Source: Myxococcota bacterium
GTDB lineage: Bacteria > Myxococcota > SpSt-1050
Reading direction: 5' to 3'
DNA: 33,467 bases
Assembly (NCBI GenBank): GCA_049969675.1
Contig: JBMFOP010000023.1
Coordinates: forward strand, 1-33,467
Positions 1 through 8,933 of this stretch are shown here, piece after piece; within the stretch, counting starts at the first letter, position 1; each line of letters opens with the position of its first letter. Made by a program: the position numbers and the translations under genes. Under the pieces are notes generated by a model. That model was not told the DNA's origin, ran no database searches, and was given only the letters and a program-made list of their open reading frames with translations.

Positions 1-220
1 GAGTATTGACTCCTATATACATATCACTTAATTAAGTAATGTTGAGTAGTTATAATTTAATTCTGTGAGAAATTTATAATTTTTGGAAAGAATTAAGGAA
101 TCCACAGAGAGAAGATATACCTATTACTTAGATTTTGGGATGTTACAGATTAATTTTTAAAAGTAGATTATTCGGGATAGCAATGATTTAATATGTGATA
201 GAGAATTTAAGAGTAATTTC

Positions 221-249
221 TTGACCTGATAGAAAATTTATTTTATATT
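221..249 (+). promoter_or_regulatory. Putative sigma70 promoter of the lipoprotein phosphoesterase gene
   Basis: TTGACC(221-226)-N17-TATATT(244-249), then GGAGG SD and ATG at 269. The AT-rich background lowers specificity. Confidence 0.5.
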
Positions 250-268
250 AGCAAAATGGAGGTATGTT

Positions 269-1918
269 ATGAACAAATTTAATGTTTTATTGGCATTAAT
301 TTTATTGGGTATTTTTGTCTCCTGTTCGGATTCTGAAGGTGAAAAGGATGTGGGGTTAAGTGATTCACTGTTAGACATAGCAGATGAAGATGTATTAACA
401 TTAGATAATTATGTGCCAGATAAAAGACCACCAACAACAGTTAGACAGACTGTAAAAGCAGAGCTCCCGATAGAGCCACAGGAGAAATCATTATCAGATA
501 AATTTGGTAAATATAGTATGAATGGTGAGGGAGAGAGCCACATTGAGAGAGATGACCTCGGAACAAAAAAGGGAAATGCCGAAGAGAAGTCCTTCTTTTA
601 TATGGTTCATCTCTCCGATTTGCATATAACAGATTTCCAGTCGCCAGATAGAATGGTAAAATATGATAGCCCATCAATCCCATCTGCCTATAGACCCTTT
701 GAGGGGTATTCGCCAAGAATACTTGATGAGTTTATAAAGACGATAAATGACTTCAATTGGTTCAGGCCCGTTGATATCCTATTGATTACGGGTGACGGTG
801 TGGACAATACTCAATACAATGAATTTAAGTGGCTGATTGGTATATTAAATGGGGAAGAGGTCAATCCCAACTCTGGTGGATATAAGACTCTGATTGATGG
901 TCCCGATAATGAAGTATGTGACCCTTTAAAGGCGACTGGCGCCCGATTCCCATGGATATATGTTCTTGGAAATCACGACCAGTTGATTGTTGGAAATTTC
1001 CCTGCAGTAGACCGTTCTCTCCCTCCAGATGAACAGGAGACCGCTATTAAAGAGGGGAATTACTACAAAAAGGCAGTAGGGGACCAGAGTGATGCTGTAA
1101 TCGGTTGTAAATATCCAGTGGATGTTGCAACTGTGCGTGCGGGGAAGGTTAATTCCAATGAGGAGCGGAGGCCACTTACTCACAGGCAGGCAATAAATAT
1201 GTTTTATACAGCTGGAGGTTTGGTAAAAGGACACGGCTTTACAGAGGAAAATATTAAAAAGGATAGTGGCAATTATGTGTATAGTCCAGCAGGAGATATT
1301 CCTATCAGATTTATTGTGATGGATACTGGTAAACCGGATGGCTTTGACAAAGGGTATCTCTCTCAATCTTTATTCAATGATTTCTTAAAGCCAGAACTTG
1401 ATAGGTCACTAAATGATAAGGTATTAGTAATTGTTGCATCCCATCATCCAACCTGGTCAATTGATTCAAAGTCAGAGAAGAGCGGTGAGGAGCTTATTGC
1501 ACTCCTGAATCAGTATCCAAATGTATTATTACATCTGGTGGGTCACGGGCATGAACACAGGGTGGTGCCTCATCCATCTCCGGATGCAGATATTACAAAG
1601 GGCTATTATGAAGTGGAGACTACATCCACCCTTGACTTCCCACAGCAGGGAAATATCTATGAATTTGTCTATTCTGGAGATAACGTTGTGACTATATATA
1701 AGACTGTGTTTGACCACAATTCAAAAGAGGGCTCAATGGCATATATTGCACGAGGTATAGCCATTTCTGATATTCAGGATGGGAGTAATCCCGATAATGG
1801 GATGGGAGAAAAGACTGATAGGAATGTGATTCTCAATAAGAAGATTCCATCTGATATCGCAACAAGGCTTGAGTCGCTGCCGAAGAAATGGGTAGAGACC
1901 CAGAATTTTTATAAATGA
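269..1918 (+). CDS. Lipoprotein calcineurin-like metallophosphoesterase (TIGR03767/TIGR03768-like)
   Basis: Signal peptide ending FVSC, acidic linker, and all five metallophosphoesterase motifs: DLH, GDGVDN, GNHD, SHH, GHGH. GGAGG SD. Confidence 0.85.
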   Translation: MNKFNVLLALILLGIFVSCSDSEGEKDVGLSDSLLDIADEDVLTLDNYVPDKRPPTTVRQTVKAELPIEPQEKSLSDKFGKYSMNGEGESHIERDDLGTKKGNAEEKSFFYMVHLSDLHITDFQSPDRMVKYDSPSIPSAYRPFEGYSPRILDEFIKTINDFNWFRPVDILLITGDGVDNTQYNEFKWLIGILNGEEVNPNSGGYKTLIDGPDNEVCDPLKATGARFPWIYVLGNHDQLIVGNFPAVDRSLPPDEQETAIKEGNYYKKAVGDQSDAVIGCKYPVDVATVRAGKVNSNEERRPLTHRQAINMFYTAGGLVKGHGFTEENIKKDSGNYVYSPAGDIPIRFIVMDTGKPDGFDKGYLSQSLFNDFLKPELDRSLNDKVLVIVASHHPTWSIDSKSEKSGEELIALLNQYPNVLLHLVGHGHEHRVVPHPSPDADITKGYYEVETTSTLDFPQQGNIYEFVYSGDNVVTIYKTVFDHNSKEGSMAYIARGIAISDIQDGSNPDNGMGEKTDRNVILNKKIPSDIATRLESLPKKWVETQNFYK

Positions 1919-2295
1919 TGGAAGAAGAAAAGAGAGAAAAAAAGAGTCATAAAGAGAAGGAATACAGGCTTATCCTTTCAATCTCTGAGATTGTCTTGAA
2001 AAAGAATTTTAAGGTTGTAGAATCAAATAGAGAGCAAACCCCTTATCCGTCTCTGTTGGTGAGATTTTCAAATGGGATTGTGTGGAGATGTGTCATCTTC
2101 AATGATTACGACCAGGCTCATATGATGGAGATACTTCATAATTCCTCGGAGGAGATTGTTTTAATTAACTACGAGCTCATTGATGCAGATATAAGCAAAG
2201 CAAATTATGAACTGACTTTTAGAAATAGAAATGGAGAGATTATTTTGAGATGCAGGGAGTGTATCTCCCCTTCAAAGTTAATTCAAAATGATTGA
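1915..2295 (+). CDS. Hypothetical protein (126 aa)
   Basis: ATGA overlap with the upstream stop suggests translational coupling. No recognisable motif. Confidence 0.6.
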   Translation: MMEEEKREKKSHKEKEYRLILSISEIVLKKNFKVVESNREQTPYPSLLVRFSNGIVWRCVIFNDYDQAHMMEILHNSSEEIVLINYELIDADISKANYELTFRNRNGEIILRCRECISPSKLIQND

Positions 2296-2315
2296 GTTAT
2301 TTTCCCTCTAAAATC

Positions 2316-2370
2316 CTCTCTGCCTCATCCTTTAAAGTTGAGACGATCAGAAGATAAAGTGAGGGGAGAG
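2316..2370. repeat. Degenerate intergenic inverted repeat (possible terminator or REP-like remnant)
   Basis: CTCTCtgCCTCAtcCTTT ... AAAGTGAGGggAGAG arms pair imperfectly. Confidence 0.25.
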
Positions 2371-2437
2371 TTGTTTTATGCATATTGATTTTTTTGAGAT
2401 ATATGGTAGATAAAACTATACTGAGTTGGAGGTTATT

Positions 2438-2851
2438 ATGCTATCAAATAAGGTCGTAGCACGTTTTAAGAATGGGACAGTTCTTAAGGGTATTACTACA
2501 GACTTTAATCCGGAGAAGCCATCGTTTCATATACAGATAAAGATCGGTGAAAAGATAAATCTAACAGAGGTCAAACTTGACCATCTAAAGGCTGTATTCT
2601 TTGTCAGGACATTAGAGGGCAATAAAGATTATGAAGAGAAGAAGAGATTTGAAGGACCCACATCTGGTGGTATAAAGATAAAGGTATTTTTCATAGATGG
2701 TGAGATACTCGTTGGAACCACAAATGGATACAGACCAGATAAGCCCGGATTCTGGTTCTTCCCCGCTGATAGAGAGTCAAATAATGTGAGGGTATTTGTA
2801 ATAAATTCTGCAATAAAAGGGGTAAAGCTCGGTCTTGATGCAGACAGGTAA
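2438..2851 (+). CDS. DUF6982-like protein with two internal repeats
   Basis: GGAGG SD before ATG 2438. KVVARFKNGTVLKGITTDFNPEKPSFH resembles KIKVFFIDGEILVGTTNGYRPDKPGFW. Family name recalled from memory. Confidence 0.7.
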   Translation: MLSNKVVARFKNGTVLKGITTDFNPEKPSFHIQIKIGEKINLTEVKLDHLKAVFFVRTLEGNKDYEEKKRFEGPTSGGIKIKVFFIDGEILVGTTNGYRPDKPGFWFFPADRESNNVRVFVINSAIKGVKLGLDADR

Positions 2852-2935
2852 ATAGTAAAAATAACCTTTCATTTTTTATTGGACAAGGTAGCACAAATTT
2901 ATATAATAATAGCAACTTTATCTGAAGGAGTTAAT

Positions 2936-3430
2936 ATGCCCTCTGATTTTATCACATATACATTTGGAAAACTTATTGAAGATTTGAGAAAGATAATAAC
3001 CGCTGGTGTAGCCGGTGTCGTAAATGAAATTATTGAGGAGAAGCTCTCCGAGATTGCGGAGATTCGTAATAGACTCTTAGAGATTGAGAGGATATTGTAT
3101 GAGCAGACGAAGAGAGATACCAGGAGGGAAGACCAGAGAGAGTCAGTAAAGGTCTCCACTGTTGTGGAGGTTGAAAAGAAGAGTAATAAATGTCAGTTTG
3201 AAGGTTGTGACAGAGAGGCAGTCTCAAGAGGGTATTGTAAAAATCATTACTATCAACTTAAGAGAAAAGGCGAATTGCAGAATATTGATAAGAGCAGAAC
3301 GAAGAGACCATGTCTGATTGAGGGATGTGAAAGGTATGCCATCTCAAAGGGACTGTGTAAGAACCATTACTACCAACTAAGGCGTGGCACAATTGTATAT
3401 GAAAATGGCAAATATGTTAAGAAGAGTTAA
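2936..3430 (+). CDS. Coiled-coil protein with two C-x4-C-x9-C-x2-H zinc-finger repeats (myxobacterial vegetative-protein-like)
   Basis: AAGGAG SD before ATG 2936 and TATAAT at 2902-2907. Repeats CQFEGCDREAVSRGYCKNHYYQLKR and CLIEGCERYAISKGLCKNHYYQLRR. Confidence 0.75.
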   Translation: MPSDFITYTFGKLIEDLRKIITAGVAGVVNEIIEEKLSEIAEIRNRLLEIERILYEQTKRDTRREDQRESVKVSTVVEVEKKSNKCQFEGCDREAVSRGYCKNHYYQLKRKGELQNIDKSRTKRPCLIEGCERYAISKGLCKNHYYQLRRGTIVYENGKYVKKS

Positions 3431-4587
3431 TCTGAATTCTCTATCTCAAATAAAGTAATCTCCGGTGGGGCGAGGAATCTGATGGGAGGTCCCCAATATC
3501 CAGTCCCCCTGCTCACATATAGAGACATTCTATCCGATATTCTATAAAGTCCGGAGAAGTATTTGTAAACTGTCTTTACTATCAGGCTAAATGGGAATAT
3601 CTGACCTCCGTGTGTATGTCCACTCAGTTGTAAATCAATTCTGCCTTTTAATTGTTCTAAGACAGATGGCTGGTGTTTTAGTAATATCAGAAAGGAGTCA
3701 GAAGGGATTTGCTCAATTAACCTCTCTTCTGTAACATTTGAATAGTTATCAAACCTCTTCCCATTCTCATCATCAACTCCCATTATCACAATGCCATCTG
3801 TAATTTTAATATATTCTCCTCTGAGCAACCTGAATCCACATATCTTATAAAACTCCGTAGCCATATCTATTCCAGCGTAAAATTCGTGATTACCGGTTAT
3901 GGCGTATTTCCCGAGTGGAGGATTGAGGGCACTCAATTCGTTAATAATCTTCTTATTCTTCCTCGGGTCTATATCAGTAATGTCACCTGTAATGACAACA
4001 ATATCTGGATTGAGTTTCTTCACTCTTGATACAATATCTGCAATAAAATCCCCTCCTAGTGTCTGACTGATATGTACATCGGATATCTGTACTATTTTTA
4101 ATGGTGAATGTTCCTTTGGAAGATATCTGCTCGCAAGATTGATCTTTGTCTCTCTGATGTTGTGTGCCTCAAAGAATCCAATAACGGAGACAATAAGAGA
4201 GATAGTAGATGAGATTAAAAATGTGTATTTATCAATATGAGGTGGTAATCTCTCATAAAAGTTAAGATGGTGAGCAAATTTTATTAGAATCAAATGAAGG
4301 ATATCAAAGAAGAAGAGCGATAATACAAGTACAGCCATTATTCCCATCCATGTATATCCGGTATAGGAGAAGAAGACCGAGAGTATATATGGACCTCCCC
4401 TCTCCGAGATTCTGATAATAAAAGGGGAGAAGACCATTATAATAAAAAATATTCCAACAATAAGATTGGAGATTCTCCCGAGTTCAAGGGCAGTGCACAT
4501 TCGGTGATATACATATGCATGTATGGAGACATAAATGCCTATTACTATGAGAATAAACGCAACAAATGCAGATGTAGAATGGTGCAT
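3427..4587 (-). CDS. Membrane-bound metallophosphoesterase (YkuE-like)
   Basis: About four N-terminal TM helices, then SDVH, TGDITD, GNHE, KHQP, SGHTHGGQ and VSRGTGYWGPPIR. Confidence 0.92.
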   Translation of the reverse strand: MHHSTSAFVAFILIVIGIYVSIHAYVYHRMCTALELGRISNLIVGIFFIIMVFSPFIIRISERGGPYILSVFFSYTGYTWMGIMAVLVLSLFFFDILHLILIKFAHHLNFYERLPPHIDKYTFLISSTISLIVSVIGFFEAHNIRETKINLASRYLPKEHSPLKIVQISDVHISQTLGGDFIADIVSRVKKLNPDIVVITGDITDIDPRKNKKIINELSALNPPLGKYAITGNHEFYAGIDMATEFYKICGFRLLRGEYIKITDGIVIMGVDDENGKRFDNYSNVTEERLIEQIPSDSFLILLKHQPSVLEQLKGRIDLQLSGHTHGGQIFPFSLIVKTVYKYFSGLYRISDRMSLYVSRGTGYWGPPIRFLAPPEITLFEIENSD

Positions 4588-5010
4588 TTACTTAATCTCT
4601 GGTCGCTTGCCACTCTTCTTAAAAATGAAGTAATCTGAAAGTATCTCTCTGTGGTCAAATACTATATCCTCTGGGAGATTCTGTTCATAGAAGACCTTTG
4701 CCTCAACTGCATCATCTGCCCCTTTCAGATCTCCAGCTCCCTTTGCAATAAAGACAGTGGAGACGGTGTGAAATCTCGGGTCTCTATCTGGCTTTGAATA
4801 TGTATAGAACTGTTCAATCAATTCCACATCCAGCGATGTCTCTTCCCTTGCCTCCCTGAGAGCAGCAGATGGTAGAGATTCGCCATAATCCACAAATCCA
4901 CCCGGTATTGCCCAGCCATAAGGGGGATTCTTCCTCTTAATCAGGATTATCCCACCCTGATATTCAATTATGATATCAACTGCTGGATATGGATTTTTAT
5001 ACTGAGACAT
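4588..5010 (-). CDS. NUDIX hydrolase (MutT/ADP-ribose pyrophosphatase-like)
   Basis: Nudix box [24 protein letters not shown] plus RDPR, GADDA and FDH. Its stop abuts the next ATG (TAAATG). Confidence 0.93.
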   Translation of the reverse strand: MSQYKNPYPAVDIIIEYQGGIILIKRKNPPYGWAIPGGFVDYGESLPSAALREAREETSLDVELIEQFYTYSKPDRDPRFHTVSTVFIAKGAGDLKGADDAVEAKVFYEQNLPEDIVFDHREILSDYFIFKKSGKRPEIK

Positions 5011-5181
5011 AAAGCACCTCGTAATCCAGTTTTATATTTATTAGATGGAATAAGTCAACACTATTTGAATAGAGTTTGACAATACGCTGAAATTTTGTCT
5101 TCACAGCTTATTATCTATTTCTCACTTCCCATCTTCTGTCTCTTATTAGTGGTCTATCATCTGTGAACCTGTGGACCAATA

Positions 5182-5490
5182 TCACCTGTCTAGCATATAA
5201 AGGATTTCATAATTTTGATTTATTATCTTCCTGAAACTCTCATCAGTATCACTCCATTTTATCACATCTACTCTGAATCTTAAATCAGAGTTTTGAAACT
5301 CATCTATGAGATTGAAATATGTAACATCATCCAATCTATTTTTGCTGTCCATAATTACAATATCAAGATCTGATGCAGGTTTAAGGTTCTGATAGAGGCG
5401 AGAGCCAAATACACGCACTTCATAATTACTTATATGTTTTTTGATGATTTGCAAAATTATAGAACGTTCTTCTTCACTAATATTAATCAT
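5182..5490 (-). CDS. Minimal nucleotidyltransferase (MNT; antitoxin of HEPN-MNT pair)
   Basis: GS-x10-DxD motif (FGSRLYQNLKPASDLD) and a third Asp in RVDVI. 8-nt overlap with the HEPN gene. Confidence 0.9.
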   Translation of the reverse strand: MINISEEERSIILQIIKKHISNYEVRVFGSRLYQNLKPASDLDIVIMDSKNRLDDVTYFNLIDEFQNSDLRFRVDVIKWSDTDESFRKIINQNYEILYMLDR

Positions 5491-5902
5491 TTCTCTTCTT
5501 TAATTCAGAAAGAAATCTTTCAGCATCCTCTATAAATTGAAGTGATATTTGAAAAATATCTTCAGCCTTATCCTTTCTGTATATGAGAGATGATTCATTT
5601 CTTGCTATATGATACCTGAACCAGTTATCTATGTTTTCAATCAGTCCGGCCCCAAATGCGAGTCTAAATAATTCTTTTCTGGTTAGGTAGTCTACATCTT
5701 TTTCCACATTGTGCTCTATGTATCGTTTCATAAATTTCCAGCAGAGTTCATAGGTAAATTCAAAATGCTGTATAACCCCAGCTTTTAGTCCGTTTTTTGT
5801 GACCTCGTCAAGTGATTCAAAGAAATTATTATCTCTTATTCTTAAGAGGAGTTTTTTATATGAGTTAATAGCGCTCTCGAGAGAGCTCAGTTCTAATTTC
5901 AT
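5483..5902 (-). CDS. HEPN protein, HI0074 / nucleotidyltransferase substrate-binding family; R-x4-H motif degenerate
   Basis: GVIQHFEFTYELCWKFMKR signature. RNESSLIY stands where RNxxSHxY is expected. Start at 5902 preferred from promoter geometry (5911 is the alternative). Confidence 0.9.
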   Translation of the reverse strand: MKLELSSLESAINSYKKLLLRIRDNNFFESLDEVTKNGLKAGVIQHFEFTYELCWKFMKRYIEHNVEKDVDYLTRKELFRLAFGAGLIENIDNWFRYHIARNESSLIYRKDKAEDIFQISLQFIEDAERFLSELKKRND

Positions 5903-5909
5903 AAATCTC

Positions 5910-5938
5910 ATTATCTTAGGCTTTTATAAATTAGTCAA
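5910..5938 (-). promoter_or_regulatory. Putative sigma70 promoter of HEPN-MNT (leaderless geometry)
   Basis: Minus strand TTGACT-N17-GATAAT-N7-ATG(5902), no SD. Confidence 0.5.
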
Positions 5939-6087
5939 ATAAATTCTGATTCATATCCTCACCTTTGATTGAATAATTTATTTTTACACTGGGCGCCAAT
6001 TTATTATTTTTTGGAATTGATTGAGGGGGGATGTTGTTATATATAGAGGTTATTCGGTGTATTATTTATTTCCGAAAGGAGTATTTT

Positions 6088-7080
6088 ATGGAGTTTAATA
6101 TTACGGAGGTAAATGAGTTTATCAAAAAGGAATCCGCCTTTATTGATGTAATTGTATCTGAGACATCAAAGGTCATTGCCGGGCAGAGACATCTTATAGA
6201 GAGTATAATAATTGGTCTTTTAACAGATGGGCACATTCTGGTTGAGGGGGTACCAGGGCTGGCAAAGACTTTAACCATTAAGACCATCTCAGATATTCTG
6301 AGTCTGAATTTTCAGAGGATTCAATTTACACCGGACCTGCTGCCAGCCGATATTATAGGGACGATGATATATAATCAATCCACCGGGACCTTTACTCCGA
6401 AGAAGGGCCCGGTCTTTACAAATATTGTGCTTGCAGATGAGATAAACAGGGCACCCGCCAAGGTGCAGTCTGCACTGCTTGAGGCTATGCAGGAGAGACA
6501 GGTGACAATTGGAGATGCTACTTATAAATTGCCAGAGCCGTTTCTGGTTATGGCTACGCAGAACCCGATTGAGCAGGAGGGGACATATCCCCTTCCAGAG
6601 GCGCAGGTGGATAGGTTTTTACTCAAGGTCAGAGTGGATTATCCAACATTACAGGAGGAGAAGGAGATAATTAACAGAATGACTGCATCTACCTTCCCTG
6701 AATATCAGAAGAGGATAATTACACCCGAGATACTCAAGAGGGCAAAGGATGCATTATTTAAGGTATATGTGGATGAGAAGATAAAAGACTATGTCCTCTC
6801 AATCGTCTTTGCCTCAAGAAAGCCCGAGGAGTATGGACTGAAGGGATATTCACAGTTTATAGAGTATGGGGCATCTCCACGGGCATCAATATATCTGATT
6901 CTGGCGGCCCGTGCACACGCATTTATTAGAAGAAGGGGTTATGTCACTCCAGAGGATATAAAATCTATAGGTATGGATGTCCTGCGTCACAGAATAATAC
7001 CTTCATTTGAGGCTGAGGCAGAGAATATTACATCTGAAAATATCATTCAGAAGATATTTGATACCGTGGAAGTTCCGTAA
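6088..7080 (+). CDS. moxR: MoxR family AAA+ ATPase
   Basis: Walker A EGVPGLAKT, RIQFTPDLLPADIIG, Walker B LADEINRA, ATQNPIEQEGTYPLPEAQVDRF and GASPRA. AAGGAG SD before ATG 6088. Confidence 0.96.
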   Translation: MEFNITEVNEFIKKESAFIDVIVSETSKVIAGQRHLIESIIIGLLTDGHILVEGVPGLAKTLTIKTISDILSLNFQRIQFTPDLLPADIIGTMIYNQSTGTFTPKKGPVFTNIVLADEINRAPAKVQSALLEAMQERQVTIGDATYKLPEPFLVMATQNPIEQEGTYPLPEAQVDRFLLKVRVDYPTLQEEKEIINRMTASTFPEYQKRIITPEILKRAKDALFKVYVDEKIKDYVLSIVFASRKPEEYGLKGYSQFIEYGASPRASIYLILAARAHAFIRRRGYVTPEDIKSIGMDVLRHRIIPSFEAEAENITSENIIQKIFDTVEVP

Positions 7081-7081
7081 T

Positions 7082-7963
7082 ATGCTTACATCCGAACTCT
7101 TAAAGAAGATTCGCAGGATAGAGATATCTACAAGGAAGGTGGTGAGTGAGACCTTCTCGGGGCAGTACCACTCTGTATTCAAAGGTCAGGGGATTGAGTT
7201 TGCAGAGGTAAGACCATATATTATAGGAGATGAGATAAGATTTATAGACTGGAATGTATCCGCAAGACAGAATTCCCTCTTTGTAAAGAGATTTGCTGAG
7301 GAGCGAGAGCTGACGGTCTTTATTGTAGCCGATGTATCTGGCTCTACACTATTTGGTTCAAGGTCTGGACTCAAATCAGAGATAATAGCAGAGATTGCCT
7401 CAATACTTGCCTTCTCAGCTATTGAAAATAAGGACAAGGTGGGTGCGATATTGTTTTCTGATAGAGTTGAGAGATATATCCCTCCCAAAAAGGGGAGGAG
7501 GCATGTACTTTCAATCATCTCTGAGATAATCTCTTTTGATCCGCAGAGCAGAAAGACCAATATAGATAATGCTTTGAGATATACCCTCAATATATTAAAA
7601 CGGAGGTCTGTGGTATTTCTGATGAGCGACTTTATAGATTCGGGATATGAGAAGAGTCTCTCAATGCTCTCCCGAAGGCATGAACTGATTGCATTCAGAC
7701 TCATTGACCCAGCAGAGGACTGTACCAATATCCCGTTTGTACTCTCTATTAAAGACCCAGAGAGTGAGGAGGAACTTTCAATAGATGTAAGGGGGTATCA
7801 TACCTCAAACCTTTTGAAGAGATATCTCAAATCATACAATGATAAAACGACTGAACTCTTCAAAAAGAATGATGTAGACTATCTAAATCTGGATATATCA
7901 CAGGACTATATTACCACTATGATAAAATTCTTCAGGAAGCGGCAGAGGGAGGCAATGAGATAA
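7082..7963 (+). CDS. DUF58 domain protein (VWA-like MoxR partner)
   Basis: EFAEVRPYIIGDEIRFIDWNVSAR, DVSGS and MSDF. ATG lies one base after the moxR stop. Confidence 0.93.
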   Translation: MLTSELLKKIRRIEISTRKVVSETFSGQYHSVFKGQGIEFAEVRPYIIGDEIRFIDWNVSARQNSLFVKRFAEERELTVFIVADVSGSTLFGSRSGLKSEIIAEIASILAFSAIENKDKVGAILFSDRVERYIPPKKGRRHVLSIISEIISFDPQSRKTNIDNALRYTLNILKRRSVVFLMSDFIDSGYEKSLSMLSRRHELIAFRLIDPAEDCTNIPFVLSIKDPESEEELSIDVRGYHTSNLLKRYLKSYNDKTTELFKKNDVDYLNLDISQDYITTMIKFFRKRQREAMR

Positions 7964-7964
7964 T

Positions 7965-8933
7965 ATGAGGAGATACCTCGTTTTTCTCTCTCTAATTCTT
8001 TCAATGATTTATTCTGAAGGTCTATATGCTAACTGTACAATAAGTGCAAAGACCGATAATAATTCCGTGCTGGTTGGAGATAGCATTATTCTCACGATAA
8101 CACTTAAATATAAAGACGGGGAGTACTGCAGGCTAACAGATGATATAAATCTCCCAAAGTTTAAGATTCTAAAAAAGGATATTAAGACTGAGAAGAGCGG
8201 TGAACAGATTATGGATACATATACAATTCACCTTACCCCTCTTGAACTTGGAGAGGTGAGCATCTCACCAATAAATGTTCAGACATCTATAGATGGTGGA
8301 TACTCAGATGATGAGGCTGCACTCTCAACTCCAGAGATAAAGATAACTGTAAATGGAATTATAAAGAATAAGGAGGAGGCGAAGTTAAAGGATATCCTCC
8401 CTCCCGAGAAGGTATTTGAGAGGACCTATATTTTGTTGTACATTATTGGTGGACTGATTCTTCTCGCTGTTTTTATTTATTTGATTATCAGGTACTTGAA
8501 AAAAAGAAGGGGTAAAGTTATTAATCAGAAAGCAGAACAGAATATCACTTCACAGCTTCCTCCCTATGATGAGGCTATCTTATCTCTGAAATTGCTTGAA
8601 GAGGAGAGGCTGATTTCAAAGAATATGTTCAAAGAGCTCTATTTAAGACTGACGGAGATACTCAAGAGATTTATAGAGAGATTTTATGGATTCAATGCCC
8701 TTGAGATGACGACCGATGAATTATTGTTTTATCTTATGGATCATCCACAACCGAATCTGGATTTGAATGATATAAGGAATTTTCTTGGACTGGCTGACCT
8801 TGTAAAATTCGCAAAATATGAGGTAGATGCAGAATTGGCTTATAGAGATTTTAATTTTGTAAAAAATATAATAGAGAGGGCGGCGCGCCCCATCTCAATG
8901 AATATCAATTCCTCTGAGAAGGAAGTAAGATGA
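7965..8933 (+). CDS. BatD-like/DUF4381-like single-pass membrane protein
   Basis: Signal peptide, beta-rich Ig-like domain (VLVGDSIILTITL...PLELGEVSI), LKDILPP-TM-basic tail, then ALEMTTDEL and ADLVKFAK helical domain. Usual position between DUF58 and batA. Confidence 0.8.
   Translation: MRRYLVFLSLILSMIYSEGLYANCTISAKTDNNSVLVGDSIILTITLKYKDGEYCRLTDDINLPKFKILKKDIKTEKSGEQIMDTYTIHLTPLELGEVSISPINVQTSIDGGYSDDEAALSTPEIKITVNGIIKNKEEAKLKDILPPEKVFERTYILLYIIGGLILLAVFIYLIIRYLKKRRGKVINQKAEQNITSQLPPYDEAILSLKLLEEERLISKNMFKELYLRLTEILKRFIERFYGFNALEMTTDELLFYLMDHPQPNLDLNDIRNFLGLADLVKFAKYEVDAELAYRDFNFVKNIIERAARPISMNINSSEKEVR

Noticed and set aside
441..1717. Antisense ORFs inside the phosphoesterase (also 2691-3227, 6066-6287, 7186-7728, 9052-9966)
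   Set aside because: Shadow frames of well-supported genes, with no SD or motifs.
3427..3430. Convergent genes sharing TTAA stop codons with no terminator
   Set aside because: Real, but common in compact AT-rich genomes; no sign of special function.
5045..5174. Imperfect palindrome GTCAACACTATT-TG-AATAGAGTTTGAC and ATCTGTGAACCTGTGG motif as a MITE/REP remnant
   Set aside because: Single degenerate copy and partly explained by the NUDIX promoter -35; needs genome-wide copies to support.
6025..6030. G6 tract in the putative moxR promoter spacer as a phase-variation site
   Set aside because: Too short for efficient slippage, and the promoter position is uncertain.
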